64,000 bases of DNA from an uncultured Candidatus Saccharibacteria bacterium (lineage in GTDB: Bacteria > Patescibacteriota > Minisyncoccia > Phycocordibacterales > CAYRGE01), in assembly GCA_964612415.1 (NCBI GenBank), contig CAZTCT010000002.1, positions 13,631 through 77,630 of the forward strand. Direction: 5' to 3'. A program made the translations under genes and the position numbers. Positions 56,024-64,000 of the stretch are shown here, one piece after another (position 1 is the first letter of the stretch; every line of letters begins with the position of its first letter). The notes beneath the pieces were generated by a model that had not been told where the DNA came from, ran no database searches, and worked only from the letters and a program-made list of their open reading frames with translations.

Positions 56024-56812
56024 CTATTTGCCTTTATTTACTGCTCCAGGGTGCTTCGTACTCCATTCATACAAAGCAATCGCAGCTGACGCTGCTACAT
56101 TGAGCGATTCACAGCGAGGATGAATGGGTATTGCAAGTGGAATGTCGCAAAGTTCACTTGTCTTCTGGCGAATACCCTTTGATTCATTCCCTAAAACAAA
56201 CACCGCCGGCGCATCAAACTTCTCTTCATCAACGGATACCTTGGCCGTCTCATCAAGCCCATAAATCCAAAAGCCCTTCTCTTTTAATTCACGAATGGTC
56301 ATATTCACATTCCCAATCCGCACCAATGGAACACGGAAGGCCATGCCTGCGGATACCTTAACCACAGCTCCTGTCACTTGTACCTGATTGTGTTCTGGAA
56401 AAAGGATGCCAGAGATTCCAAAGGCTGCCGCCGAACGGATAATGGCACCAACATTATGCGGGTCCTGCAGCTCATCCAAGAGCACAAGCGCTGTATCAGA
56501 AGTGACTTTCAAGTCTTTGGCAAAATCCGCAAAAGGGGTCATGAGGTTTTCAACTCCAACAACCCCAATGACTCCTTGGTGTGAGGCTGACTCTTCAATA
56601 TCTCGTGCACCTTTGTCAGAGCCAAGTGTTGCAGTTGGAATATTGTGCCTCTTTATAAGACTAGTGAGCTTGGCATCAGATGCCTGCGGAGCAAGATACA
56701 CTTTCTTGATGACATGAGGGCTGTTTTGGAGCGCTTCAGTCAGAGCGTGCTTGCCGTAGATATAGATTTTTTCCTGTTTCATAAAGGTACTCAAAAGTGT
56801 ACATGACTGCAC
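56024..56812 (-). CDS. rlmB: SpoU/TrmH-family RNA 2'-O-methyltransferase with N-terminal L30e-like domain (RlmB-type)
   Basis: SPOUT motifs (VLGNES..G; ESLNVA). Confidence 0.82.
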   Translation of the reverse strand: MQSCTLLSTFMKQEKIYIYGKHALTEALQNSPHVIKKVYLAPQASDAKLTSLIKRHNIPTATLGSDKGARDIEESASHQGVIGVVGVENLMTPFADFAKDLKVTSDTALVLLDELQDPHNVGAIIRSAAAFGISGILFPEHNQVQVTGAVVKVSAGMAFRVPLVRIGNVNMTIRELKEKGFWIYGLDETAKVSVDEEKFDAPAVFVLGNESKGIRQKTSELCDIPLAIPIHPRCESLNVAASAAIALYEWSTKHPGAVNKGK

Positions 56813-56850
56813 GCATTATGCCAACTCCGCTTGATTAAGACGCTCCCGCC

Positions 56851-57579
56851 ATGTATCGTGATGCTATGAAAAAGCCAAGGAAGGCACCCAAGAAAATCGG
56901 CAACGAGTTTTGGAACAAGGAATACGGCGCCCCGGCAAATTTTGCCCTCTCACTCAATCCGAGTGAAGACCTGCAGAAATTTGTGCGTTTTCTTGAGCGT
57001 GAGCACGGAAGAGTGTACCTCAATCCGATTGCATCAGTCCTTGACCTCGGTTGTGGCAATGGGCGCAACCTCATGTACTTGGCGAAGAACTACAATATGC
57101 GCGGTGTAGGATACGACATATCCAAGGAAGCAATTGATCAGGCAAAGGAGGCAAGCCGGGATATGCGCATTGAGTACGATGTGCGCTCAGTCGCAGAACC
57201 CCTGCCACTCCCCGACAAATCGCAAACAATTGTTTTGGACATGATGGTATCTCATGTGCTCAATAAAAACGAGCGCGAACAGCTGCGTGAAGAAACTGCA
57301 CGCGTTTTAAAACCAGGCGGCTGGCTTTTCTTAAAAACATTTCTCCGTGATGAAGACCGTCATGCAGAGCGACTCCTGCGAGAGCACCCTGCTGAGGAAA
57401 TGGGCTCATATGTACACCCTGAGATCGGTGTTGTTGAGCACGTATTCACAGAAGATGAGCTCCGTGAAGAGCTTGAGAAGAATTTTTTCATCCACAAGGT
57501 TTATACCTCCCACCGACACCTTATTCGCGGCAAAGCTGCCAAGCGACGCAGTATTTCCATATATGCCCAGCGGGTATAA
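56851..57579 (+). CDS. Class I SAM-dependent methyltransferase
   Basis: VLDLGCGNGRNLMYL motif I. Confidence 0.8.
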   Translation: MYRDAMKKPRKAPKKIGNEFWNKEYGAPANFALSLNPSEDLQKFVRFLEREHGRVYLNPIASVLDLGCGNGRNLMYLAKNYNMRGVGYDISKEAIDQAKEASRDMRIEYDVRSVAEPLPLPDKSQTIVLDMMVSHVLNKNEREQLREETARVLKPGGWLFLKTFLRDEDRHAERLLREHPAEEMGSYVHPEIGVVEHVFTEDELREELEKNFFIHKVYTSHRHLIRGKAAKRRSISIYAQRV

Positions 57580-57582
57580 AAA

Positions 57583-57608
57583 ACGGCTCAACCGATCGGT
57601 TGAGCCGT
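57583..57608. repeat. Repeat copy 3: the same 26-nt palindrome + A/T runs between convergent genes (bidirectional terminator)
   Basis: Identical to 273..298 and 32041..32066. Confidence 0.85.
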
Positions 57609-57635
57609 TTTTTGTGGCTTAAAATCGTTGTGTGC

Positions 57636-58019
57636 CTACCCAAGGAAATACGGCAAAAAGATGAGTATGCCAATCGCCGCCGAAGTAATCGCCGCAAGCA
57701 ATACTGCCCCTGCGGCGACATCTTTGGTATCCCTGGCGGCTGGATGATACTCGGGTGATGTGAGATTCATGTCTATTTCAATTGCAGAATTGAAGGCTTC
57801 GGCAGCAAGGACGAATCCCCCTGCAAATATCAAAAGTATCCAGTCCATTCTGCTGATACCAAAATAAAATCCGAGTACAATCGCTGCGATAAAGACGATC
57901 AATTGAATCTGCCCATTGTGTGCAGTTTTAATAAAAAGACCGAGCCCCCTTCCCGCATGAGCAAAGCTTCGCGCTCGTGACTTAAGTGAAAAATTTTTCT
58001 CAGAAACTTCAGTGTTCAT
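57636..58019 (-). CDS. dgkA: Diacylglycerol/undecaprenol kinase DgkA family
   Basis: 3-TM about 125-aa protein with FNSAIE motif. Confidence 0.82.
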   Translation of the reverse strand: MNTEVSEKNFSLKSRARSFAHAGRGLGLFIKTAHNGQIQLIVFIAAIVLGFYFGISRMDWILLIFAGGFVLAAEAFNSAIEIDMNLTSPEYHPAARDTKDVAAGAVLLAAITSAAIGILIFLPYFLG

Positions 58020-58022
58020 ACA

Positions 58023-58910
58023 TTATTGATCAATGGTGAGCGTCCTGCGAATCGCATCAAATTGATTTAAAAGTGCGGCTCGATCAAACTCTTTTATTGT
58101 CCCTGGATCATAATTCCCAATATTGGTGGAGTGAATGAGGTAGCGCACCCCTACACATGGATTTGTCCCTGGAAGTGCCCATACTTTTTCTTCGTAGAAA
58201 TTCCCTGCTCCAGCTCCAGAGAATTCCCCCACAGAATATTCCGTGTCGTTATCAGTCTCTTGAGACACATCTGCCCCCTCTCCCAAAAAGAGCCCTGCTG
58301 AACAATCTTGCGTGTTTGGAAGGAATTCCACAGAGACCCCCGTATCAAAACTAGAAAGATTTGTTCCCGTCGAGGTAGATGACGCAATGGTGAATTTAAC
58401 TCCATAAATATCCTCTCCTGGACCAAGGGCTTGGTAGCGATATGCGGGGTCAACACTGTACCCTTTTGGGTAACGAATTGAAAACCCCGTTGTCCCATCT
58501 GCATATACCTGAGGTAGTCCTCCAGGATCTGGCGCAACAGCAACACACCCGATGTATGATTTTTCTGCATTGTCTTCAAGTACGAGCGCACCATTGCCTT
58601 TTGACCAAAAAATGAACGATTCATCTTCGTTGGCATATCGAATACCACTTGCCGATATTGTTTGCGGGAGTACAAAGTGTCGACCATCACTAAGCGTGAG
58701 ATCAACGCTTCCAGTAGGCACAGGAGGTTCACCCGGCACGACCTCTTCTTCTGGGGCAGAGCCTTTATAATAGTCCGCGGTCATTGTCTTCCCTTCGTTG
58801 CAAGAGTATGTGACTGATGCAAGAGGCTTCAGTGTGTCTTTGGGGTAATACACGACGATCAACAGCACGAGAATAGTTATTGCAACAAATGTGATGACGT
58901 TACTTTTCAT
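58023..58910 (-). CDS. Secreted protein with MliC-like (lysozyme-inhibitor fold) N-domain plus unknown C-domain
   Basis: N-terminal TM; SCNEGK...LTLSDGRHFVLPQTISASGIRYANEDESFIFWSKGNGALV matches the MliC C..SASGARY..WxKG pattern. Confidence 0.6.
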   Translation of the reverse strand: MKSNVITFVAITILVLLIVVYYPKDTLKPLASVTYSCNEGKTMTADYYKGSAPEEEVVPGEPPVPTGSVDLTLSDGRHFVLPQTISASGIRYANEDESFIFWSKGNGALVLEDNAEKSYIGCVAVAPDPGGLPQVYADGTTGFSIRYPKGYSVDPAYRYQALGPGEDIYGVKFTIASSTSTGTNLSSFDTGVSVEFLPNTQDCSAGLFLGEGADVSQETDNDTEYSVGEFSGAGAGNFYEEKVWALPGTNPCVGVRYLIHSTNIGNYDPGTIKEFDRAALLNQFDAIRRTLTIDQ

Positions 58911-58919
58911 AAAGATATT

Positions 58920-59714
58920 TTATTTCCTACTCGTTAAAATTGCTATAAAAATGGCGAGCATTATAAGAACGATCGTCCCTCCTGTGGAAAGGTTGAAGTA
59001 GAAGGAAACACAAATACCTGCCAAGACCGAGAACAATGATATTCCCTCAGCGTAAAGTATAGTCTTTGTGAAATTCTTACGAAGTTGTAGGGCTGCAACA
59101 ACTGGAATAACAATAAGCGCTGCAATGAGCAATACTCCAACGATAGGGATAGAAAGTGCGATGGTTACCGCCGCAAGGACGATGAGCACAGTGTTCATCT
59201 TCTTGACCGGTATGCCTGCAACGCGTGCAGACTCCTCATCAAACGTTGCATAAATAAGCTCTTTATAAAAGAGCGCGAGTACTCCGAGCACTACGACCGC
59301 GAGTACTCCGATAGTGTAAATGTCCTGCTGGGTTACAGTAACAATACTCCCAAAGAGGTAATTGAAAAGGTTGGTATTAAACCCTTTCCCAAAACTCAGC
59401 AAGATCGTGGCAAGAGCGAGCGCCCCTGACAAAAAGAGCGCCAGAGCCGACTCGCCATAGACTCGCTTCGTCGTGCGGAGTCGCTCAATGCCAAGGGAGG
59501 CAACCGCTGTAACACCTATCGCCGTGAGAACCGGATTTATCTTAAGCAAAAGCCCGAGTGCAATACCCGCAAGCGAGACATGCGCGAGTGTATCGGCAAT
59601 GAGCGAATACCGGCGTAATACAAGAAATGTACCGATAAGCGGCGCGATGATGCCAATGACAATGCCTGCCTCAAAAGCTCTCACCACAAAAGTGTACTGA
59701 AAAATTTCTAGCAT
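58920..59714 (-). CDS. znuB: Metal (Zn/Mn) ABC transporter permease
   Basis: 8-TM ABC-3 family permease. Confidence 0.85.
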   Translation of the reverse strand: MLEIFQYTFVVRAFEAGIVIGIIAPLIGTFLVLRRYSLIADTLAHVSLAGIALGLLLKINPVLTAIGVTAVASLGIERLRTTKRVYGESALALFLSGALALATILLSFGKGFNTNLFNYLFGSIVTVTQQDIYTIGVLAVVVLGVLALFYKELIYATFDEESARVAGIPVKKMNTVLIVLAAVTIALSIPIVGVLLIAALIVIPVVAALQLRKNFTKTILYAEGISLFSVLAGICVSFYFNLSTGGTIVLIMLAIFIAILTSRK

Positions 59715-59717
59715 AAA

Positions 59718-60458
59718 TTATGGATGAGGGTGAGCCACATTATCTTTATCTTTTAAGTACTTATCGACTGATTCGTGGAAGAACGCGGTGCAATCAATGC
59801 ACACAACATGCATTGCCTGGTCTGCCATACTCTCAATATCGTGGGTGACCAAAAGCACGGTCAGATGCATTTCTTCGTTGAGCTTTTTAAGTAGTGAATA
59901 AAACTCATCTTTAACTGTCTTCTCTACCCCAACAGTAGGTTCGTCCAAGACGAGCACCTCCGGCTCTCCCACAAGCGCACGCGCAATAAAAGCGCGTTGC
60001 TGCTGTCCACCTGACAAGTCTCCAATAAGTCTGTCTTTGAGATCCCACATGCCAACATATTCCAGGGCCTTGCGAACCTTATCATAGTCTTCTGTAGTGA
60101 CATTCTTGAAGAAGCCTCTCTTGCTGAACCGCCCCATAAGAACCACTTCTTCTACAGTGGCTGGAAAGTTGGCATCAAAATTTGTGGCCTTCTGAGGTAC
60201 ATACCCTATCTTTGGCCAGTTTTTGAATTTTTTGATATCTTCCCCGAAAAGCTTTACGGTCCCAGTCGAAGGCTCTACCAGCCCAAGAATGATTTTAATG
60301 AGTGTTGTCTTCCCTGACCCATTGCTCCCAACTAAACCAAGATAGTCTCCCTTGTGAACAGTGAGATTGATGTGCTTGAGCACCTCGTTCCCATTATATG
60401 AGAACGAGACGTCTGCAAGCTCTATGAGGTTTTCGTTGTGGTCTACGGTACCTGGCAT
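59718..60458 (-). CDS. znuC: Metal ABC transporter ATP-binding protein
   Basis: Walker A GSNGSGKTT, LSGGQQQR signature, Walker B. Confidence 0.88.
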   Translation of the reverse strand: MPGTVDHNENLIELADVSFSYNGNEVLKHINLTVHKGDYLGLVGSNGSGKTTLIKIILGLVEPSTGTVKLFGEDIKKFKNWPKIGYVPQKATNFDANFPATVEEVVLMGRFSKRGFFKNVTTEDYDKVRKALEYVGMWDLKDRLIGDLSGGQQQRAFIARALVGEPEVLVLDEPTVGVEKTVKDEFYSLLKKLNEEMHLTVLLVTHDIESMADQAMHVVCIDCTAFFHESVDKYLKDKDNVAHPHP

Positions 60459-61375
60459 TCTAATGCTTCCTCTATATTAGCAAGATTCTGGCGCATTACA
60501 CTAAAATAATCCTCACCTCGTGCAATATCTGCCGGGGTCAGCCCTTCAAGTGGATCAAGGACAAGTGTCTTTGCGCCGATCTCATGTGCAATCGTCTCAG
60601 CGAGCGCGGGAGAGACAAGACTCTCAAAGAAAATAACCTTCACATTGCGCTCACGCGCCAATTTTGTAATGTCGGCAAGCTGCTGGGGGGATGGTTCCGC
60701 GTCAGGAGAAACTCCCGTGATTGGAATTTGATTTATCCCATACGCTGCCGCAAGATACCCAAATGCTGCATGCGCAGTCACAATATCTTGGTTTACGCAC
60801 TCCGCAAGCCCTGCTTTGAATTCTTGATCTAGATTTGCAAGCTTAGTCTCAAGCGCTTCTGCATTCTCACTATAATAATCGGCATGGGCTGGATCGGACT
60901 GCTTGAAGGCTTGCGCGATTTTCTCTACCATTCTTTGTGCAAGTGGTGGAGAAAGCCATACATGTGGATCAGTAATATCCTCGCCATCTTCTTCCATACG
61001 CCCGGTAGTTAATCCTTCACCCGCAATCACCACTCGAGTCTTGTCAGCATCAATGTTTTGGAGCATATTGTCAGCCCATGGCTCAAGCATCCCCCCATTT
61101 AAGACAAGAATGTCGCTTTTTGTAATTTTAGCTATATCTTGTGCGGTGAGATCATAATCATGAGGCTCTCCTCCCGGAGGTGTGATGTTGGTGACCTCAG
61201 CTTGATTTCCTCCTATTTCTGCAGCAAAAAAGTATAAAGGGTAGAACGAAGCAACAACATCAAGTTTTGAACTTTGGATGTCGCTGCCACCTTGTCCTCG
61301 CACTATAAAATAAATTGCGCCGGCAATTAACAACAACCCGACAACAATCTTCAAAAAAGAATGTTCTGTTTTCAT
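60443..61375 (-). CDS. znuA: Metal ABC transporter substrate-binding protein (TroA/ZnuA cluster A-I)
   Basis: N-terminal TM/lipobox-like, DPHVWLSP motif. Confidence 0.85.
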   Translation of the reverse strand: MKTEHSFLKIVVGLLLIAGAIYFIVRGQGGSDIQSSKLDVVASFYPLYFFAAEIGGNQAEVTNITPPGGEPHDYDLTAQDIAKITKSDILVLNGGMLEPWADNMLQNIDADKTRVVIAGEGLTTGRMEEDGEDITDPHVWLSPPLAQRMVEKIAQAFKQSDPAHADYYSENAEALETKLANLDQEFKAGLAECVNQDIVTAHAAFGYLAAAYGINQIPITGVSPDAEPSPQQLADITKLARERNVKVIFFESLVSPALAETIAHEIGAKTLVLDPLEGLTPADIARGEDYFSVMRQNLANIEEALECQVP

Positions 61376-61456
61376 AATCTTATATTTTATTTCTCATAAG
61401 GGAGCAGGAGCCGCTCCATTTCATATGACACACGAATAGTAACTACCGTTTCCCCC

Positions 61457-61484
61457 ATACTATCACTAAAAACCGAGTTGACAA
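61457..61484 (-). promoter_or_regulatory. Putative promoter TTGTCA-16-TAGTAT for the znuABC operon
   Basis: Read on the minus strand; about 80-nt leader containing a GGAGC...GCTCC hairpin and a 5-codon uORF. Confidence 0.45.
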
Positions 61485-61493
61485 GAGCTGCAA

Positions 61494-61520
61494 TAAAAAG
61501 AAACTCCGCGATTAGCGGAG
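61494..61520 (-). terminator. Intrinsic terminator of the NT5C-like gene (CTCCGC-gatta-GCGGAG + TTTCTTTTTA)
   Basis: Read on the minus strand. Confidence 0.65.
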
Positions 61521-61541
61521 CGTAAATTATACTTATGTGAC

Positions 61542-62126
61542 TCAGGCGACATGCCGAACGATGTCATGCCAATCATAAACCCGGGTAACACCTTTTTGTA
61601 ATATCCTGCGGTTCCATGGTCTGTCGTAGAGAAAAGTAGGGATGCCCTCCTGTGCGATCACGTGGACATGTTCAATGTGGTCATCAACAAAAGCGTCCAT
61701 CTCATACCACTTACAAATTTCTGCCTTTGTGACATTTATACCTGAGCCATGATAATTGCCGAGGAAAAACACATCAGCAAAAACGCCAGGGAAGTGCTCC
61801 TCGAGAAGCGCGTGGGTGATATCTCGTATTGTTTTTGGTCGAGATGTTCCTACGACTAACATACACCCTCGATGTTGTTTGAGAAAATTAAGCGATTCAA
61901 CAGCGCGTGGTATTGGTTTAAGGTCCATATGTTCTGGCGAAAGGTAAAACTCGTGTACCCGTCGCACCGCTTCAGCGCGATCACACCCCCAAAGTTTTTC
62001 CAATGGGTAGTCAGTGATTTCATCCATTTTATATGGCGGACCATATGCTGCGTTGTGCCACTGCCGCAACCCATCATTGAAGTCAAAGATAACATCATCA
62101 AAATCAACGCCGATGACCTTCATCAT
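61542..62126 (-). CDS. HAD-like 5'(3')-deoxyribonucleotidase (NT5C family)
   Basis: IGVDFDDV motif I, HAD core; recalled resemblance to the PF06941 family. Confidence 0.55.
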   Translation of the reverse strand: MMKVIGVDFDDVIFDFNDGLRQWHNAAYGPPYKMDEITDYPLEKLWGCDRAEAVRRVHEFYLSPEHMDLKPIPRAVESLNFLKQHRGCMLVVGTSRPKTIRDITHALLEEHFPGVFADVFFLGNYHGSGINVTKAEICKWYEMDAFVDDHIEHVHVIAQEGIPTFLYDRPWNRRILQKGVTRVYDWHDIVRHVA

Positions 62127-62189
62127 GGTTTTTCCTCCCTTCTATTCTGCCTGAGTGTCTCAAAGAGCTTGGTGCACTATACCACTCTC

Positions 62190-63254
62190 CTACCCGAAAG
62201 TGAACGCGTAGAAGCGAGCACCTGTTCCTCGCACTTTGAGCTCAAGAGTATGCTCTCCCGCAACATCGTTCTTGATAAGTTTATAGAGACGGCTCTCCTT
62301 GATTGTAACAATGCCTCCATCACTAACATCAGCCCCTTTGCTTGAGCTCACTAGCTTTCCGTCTTGCCATACTTCCATTTCTATATCCGAATCAGCTTCA
62401 GCGACAATATATACCTCTTTTGCATAATATTTGTATACAATACTTGAATTAGTCTTGGATTCTGCATATTCTGACGCAACATTCCAGTCTCCGCCAAGAT
62501 AGAGCGCGTTGCGGAAAAGAGTTTCGGGGACCGCAAATGTCTGATTCCCCACCTGCCCTTTTGCGCCGTTCATGAGATACTCATTTCTAAAGGCTCCTAG
62601 ATATGTTTCTGGGCTGCGTGTTTCGATATTTGTTTTAGGGACACTCGACGCCGCAAGTCCGCTTGTGTCAGGCATCGCATCTCCCAGTGCTTGGGCCCTC
62701 TCAGCAAGAAGCTCTTGAATTTTTTCTTCTGTCTCTTCGTATGCCCCTTCCCCGATATGGTCATACACAACATTGCCGTGGATATCAATGAGATACTTGC
62801 GCGGCCAATATCTGTTCCCGTAAGCGCGCCATGTGGCGTAATCATTATCCAGCACAATAGGATATTCTATGCCGAAATTTTTCATCGCTTCGCGTACATT
62901 ATTGATGTCTTTCTCAAATGCGAACTCTGGAGTATGAATGCCCACGATCTCGAGTCCTTGGTCTTTATATTTCTCATACCACGCATTCATATAAGGAAAA
63001 GTGCGCTGGCAATTAATACAGCTATAGGTGAGAAAATCTACTAAAATCACCTTTTTCCCAACCAACTCTCCGAGGGTGATGCTGTCTGTATTCACAAACC
63101 CAGATGGATCCACGATTTCCTTGTACGGGTTCTCTCCAAGAGCAACAACATTACTGTCTGTCTTTGTTTGAGAGGGTGCTGCGCTCAAGATAACAATCCC
63201 CACAGCAAGTAGTACGAGAAGAATAACGCCGATGATGTATTCAGGTCTTTTCAT
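62190..63254 (-). CDS. Membrane-anchored thioredoxin-like thiol-disulfide oxidoreductase (TlpA/ResA/DipZ-C-terminal type) with extra C-terminal beta-rich domain
   Basis: TM, then LVDFLTYSCINCQRTFP CxxC redoxin domain, then about 160-aa extra domain. Confidence 0.8.
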   Translation of the reverse strand: MKRPEYIIGVILLVLLAVGIVILSAAPSQTKTDSNVVALGENPYKEIVDPSGFVNTDSITLGELVGKKVILVDFLTYSCINCQRTFPYMNAWYEKYKDQGLEIVGIHTPEFAFEKDINNVREAMKNFGIEYPIVLDNDYATWRAYGNRYWPRKYLIDIHGNVVYDHIGEGAYEETEEKIQELLAERAQALGDAMPDTSGLAASSVPKTNIETRSPETYLGAFRNEYLMNGAKGQVGNQTFAVPETLFRNALYLGGDWNVASEYAESKTNSSIVYKYYAKEVYIVAEADSDIEMEVWQDGKLVSSSKGADVSDGGIVTIKESRLYKLIKNDVAGEHTLELKVRGTGARFYAFTFG

Positions 63255-63257
63255 ATG

Positions 63258-63983
63258 CTATTGCACTTTATCCAATAATTTCTGTTCAATCTTAGTCACA
63301 TCAAAAAACCCACTATCTAAAATTGATGCCTCAAGTTTTTTCTCATACCCCACCGCAATGAAAAGCCCGAGCAGGATGAAGAAAATACCAATCCCTCTTT
63401 TGAAGTACCCATGGGAATCTGAGAAAGCGGCAAGACGATCTGCAAATCGTTGCCCTAAAAGTGCGATCATGAGAAGTACTAGTGACAACCCGACAACATA
63501 TGAGAGTAGATATACCGTGCCGAGCAAAAACGATGCTGGCAATACAGACGCCAAAATCACAAAGTATGTAGGCGAACACGTAGAGAAGACAGGCCCAAGG
63601 GCGGCACCAACCATAATGTCTCCAAAGACAGTTTTCTTCTGGTAGCCTGTCCCGACCAACTTATTGGACCCAGCAGAGAGACGAGCGATGCCAGGAAGTT
63701 TCTCCCACAGACTAGGAAATACAAGGACAAGGCCAAAGAGAACCAACACACCTCCTGAGAAATACGTCCACACTTCCGGGGGCACCATGATGAATACCGT
63801 TGACGCCTTAAGCAGATACGTAAAGAGAATGATAGAGAGAGCAAGAGACCCAACAACAATGTATGGGGTAGATTTGCTCCTCCCTGCAGCAGAAGAGCCG
63901 ATCACCACTGGCAGAAGTGGCAAGATGCATGGTGCCAAAACCGTGAGAACTCCAGCAATAAACGAAACAATGAGAAAAGTCAT
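63258..63983 (-). CDS. ccdA: Cytochrome c-type biogenesis/disulfide-reductant membrane protein CcdA (DsbD core)
   Basis: 6-TM with the two conserved Cys (LAPCILPLLP; FSTCSPTYF). Confidence 0.85.
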   Translation of the reverse strand: MTFLIVSFIAGVLTVLAPCILPLLPVVIGSSAAGRSKSTPYIVVGSLALSIILFTYLLKASTVFIMVPPEVWTYFSGGVLVLFGLVLVFPSLWEKLPGIARLSAGSNKLVGTGYQKKTVFGDIMVGAALGPVFSTCSPTYFVILASVLPASFLLGTVYLLSYVVGLSLVLLMIALLGQRFADRLAAFSDSHGYFKRGIGIFFILLGLFIAVGYEKKLEASILDSGFFDVTKIEQKLLDKVQ

Positions 63984-64000
63984 GCTACTTTACACGAGAG

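Noticed and set aside
58151-58732. 193-aa alternative-frame ORF within 58023..58910
   Set aside because: The other frame gives a TM anchor plus a recognisable MliC-like domain; this frame has no recognisable features.
1-64000. CRISPR arrays, rRNA, IS elements, integrases, phage genes
   Set aside because: No regularly spaced direct repeats, no transposase or integrase-like ORFs and no rRNA-like conserved blocks were seen. The only repeated element is the 26-nt palindrome family.

Overview
This looks like one contiguous chromosomal segment of a small, gene-dense bacterial genome. By eye the GC content is about 45-50%.

Gene content suggests a Patescibacteria/CPR-like or similarly reduced organism; this is inference, not a database result. 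Supporting signs:
- a single-chain archaeal-type GlyRS
- a compact UvrC
- GH57/GH15 glycogen genes
- scattered nucleotide-salvage enzymes
- many 4-nt ATGA gene overlaps
- extended -10 boxes sitting 6-10 nt from start codons with no Shine-Dalgarno

I support about 70 protein genes. I saw no rRNA, tRNA or CRISPR array.

Main blocks:
- Division and wall cluster: scpA-scpB-dacA-mraY-ftsW-murG-gltX-M23 peptidase.
- Minus-strand base-excision/sanitation operon: secreted Cys-motif protein, NUDIX, DEDDh exonuclease, MutY-like glycosylase, Nth.
- uvrB-uvrA-uvrC.
- An apparent 9-gene glycogen/oxidative-pentose-phosphate operon: glgA-GH57-Krich-GH15-zwf-gnd-pgl-CAP-glk.
- UvrD-type helicase-nuclease coupled to a mini-MGMT.
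- znuABC.
- CcdA plus a DipZ-like thioredoxin.

Most unusual item: a single GC-rich (about 60-65% by eye) cytochrome c551-like gene at 46243..46614. Its composition is foreign, the composition boundary coincides with the ORF ends, and host-like terminator hairpins flank it.

Other notable points:
- A 26-nt perfect palindrome terminator occurs three times, twice with a shared ~20-nt 5' extension.
- A 445-bp region with little coding signal sits downstream of typA.
- Several sub-60-aa candidate ORFs carry their own terminators.
- The CorA-like protein has SMN in place of GMN.
- An MliC-like lipoprotein is present.

All domain calls come from reading motifs in the translations. No searches were run.
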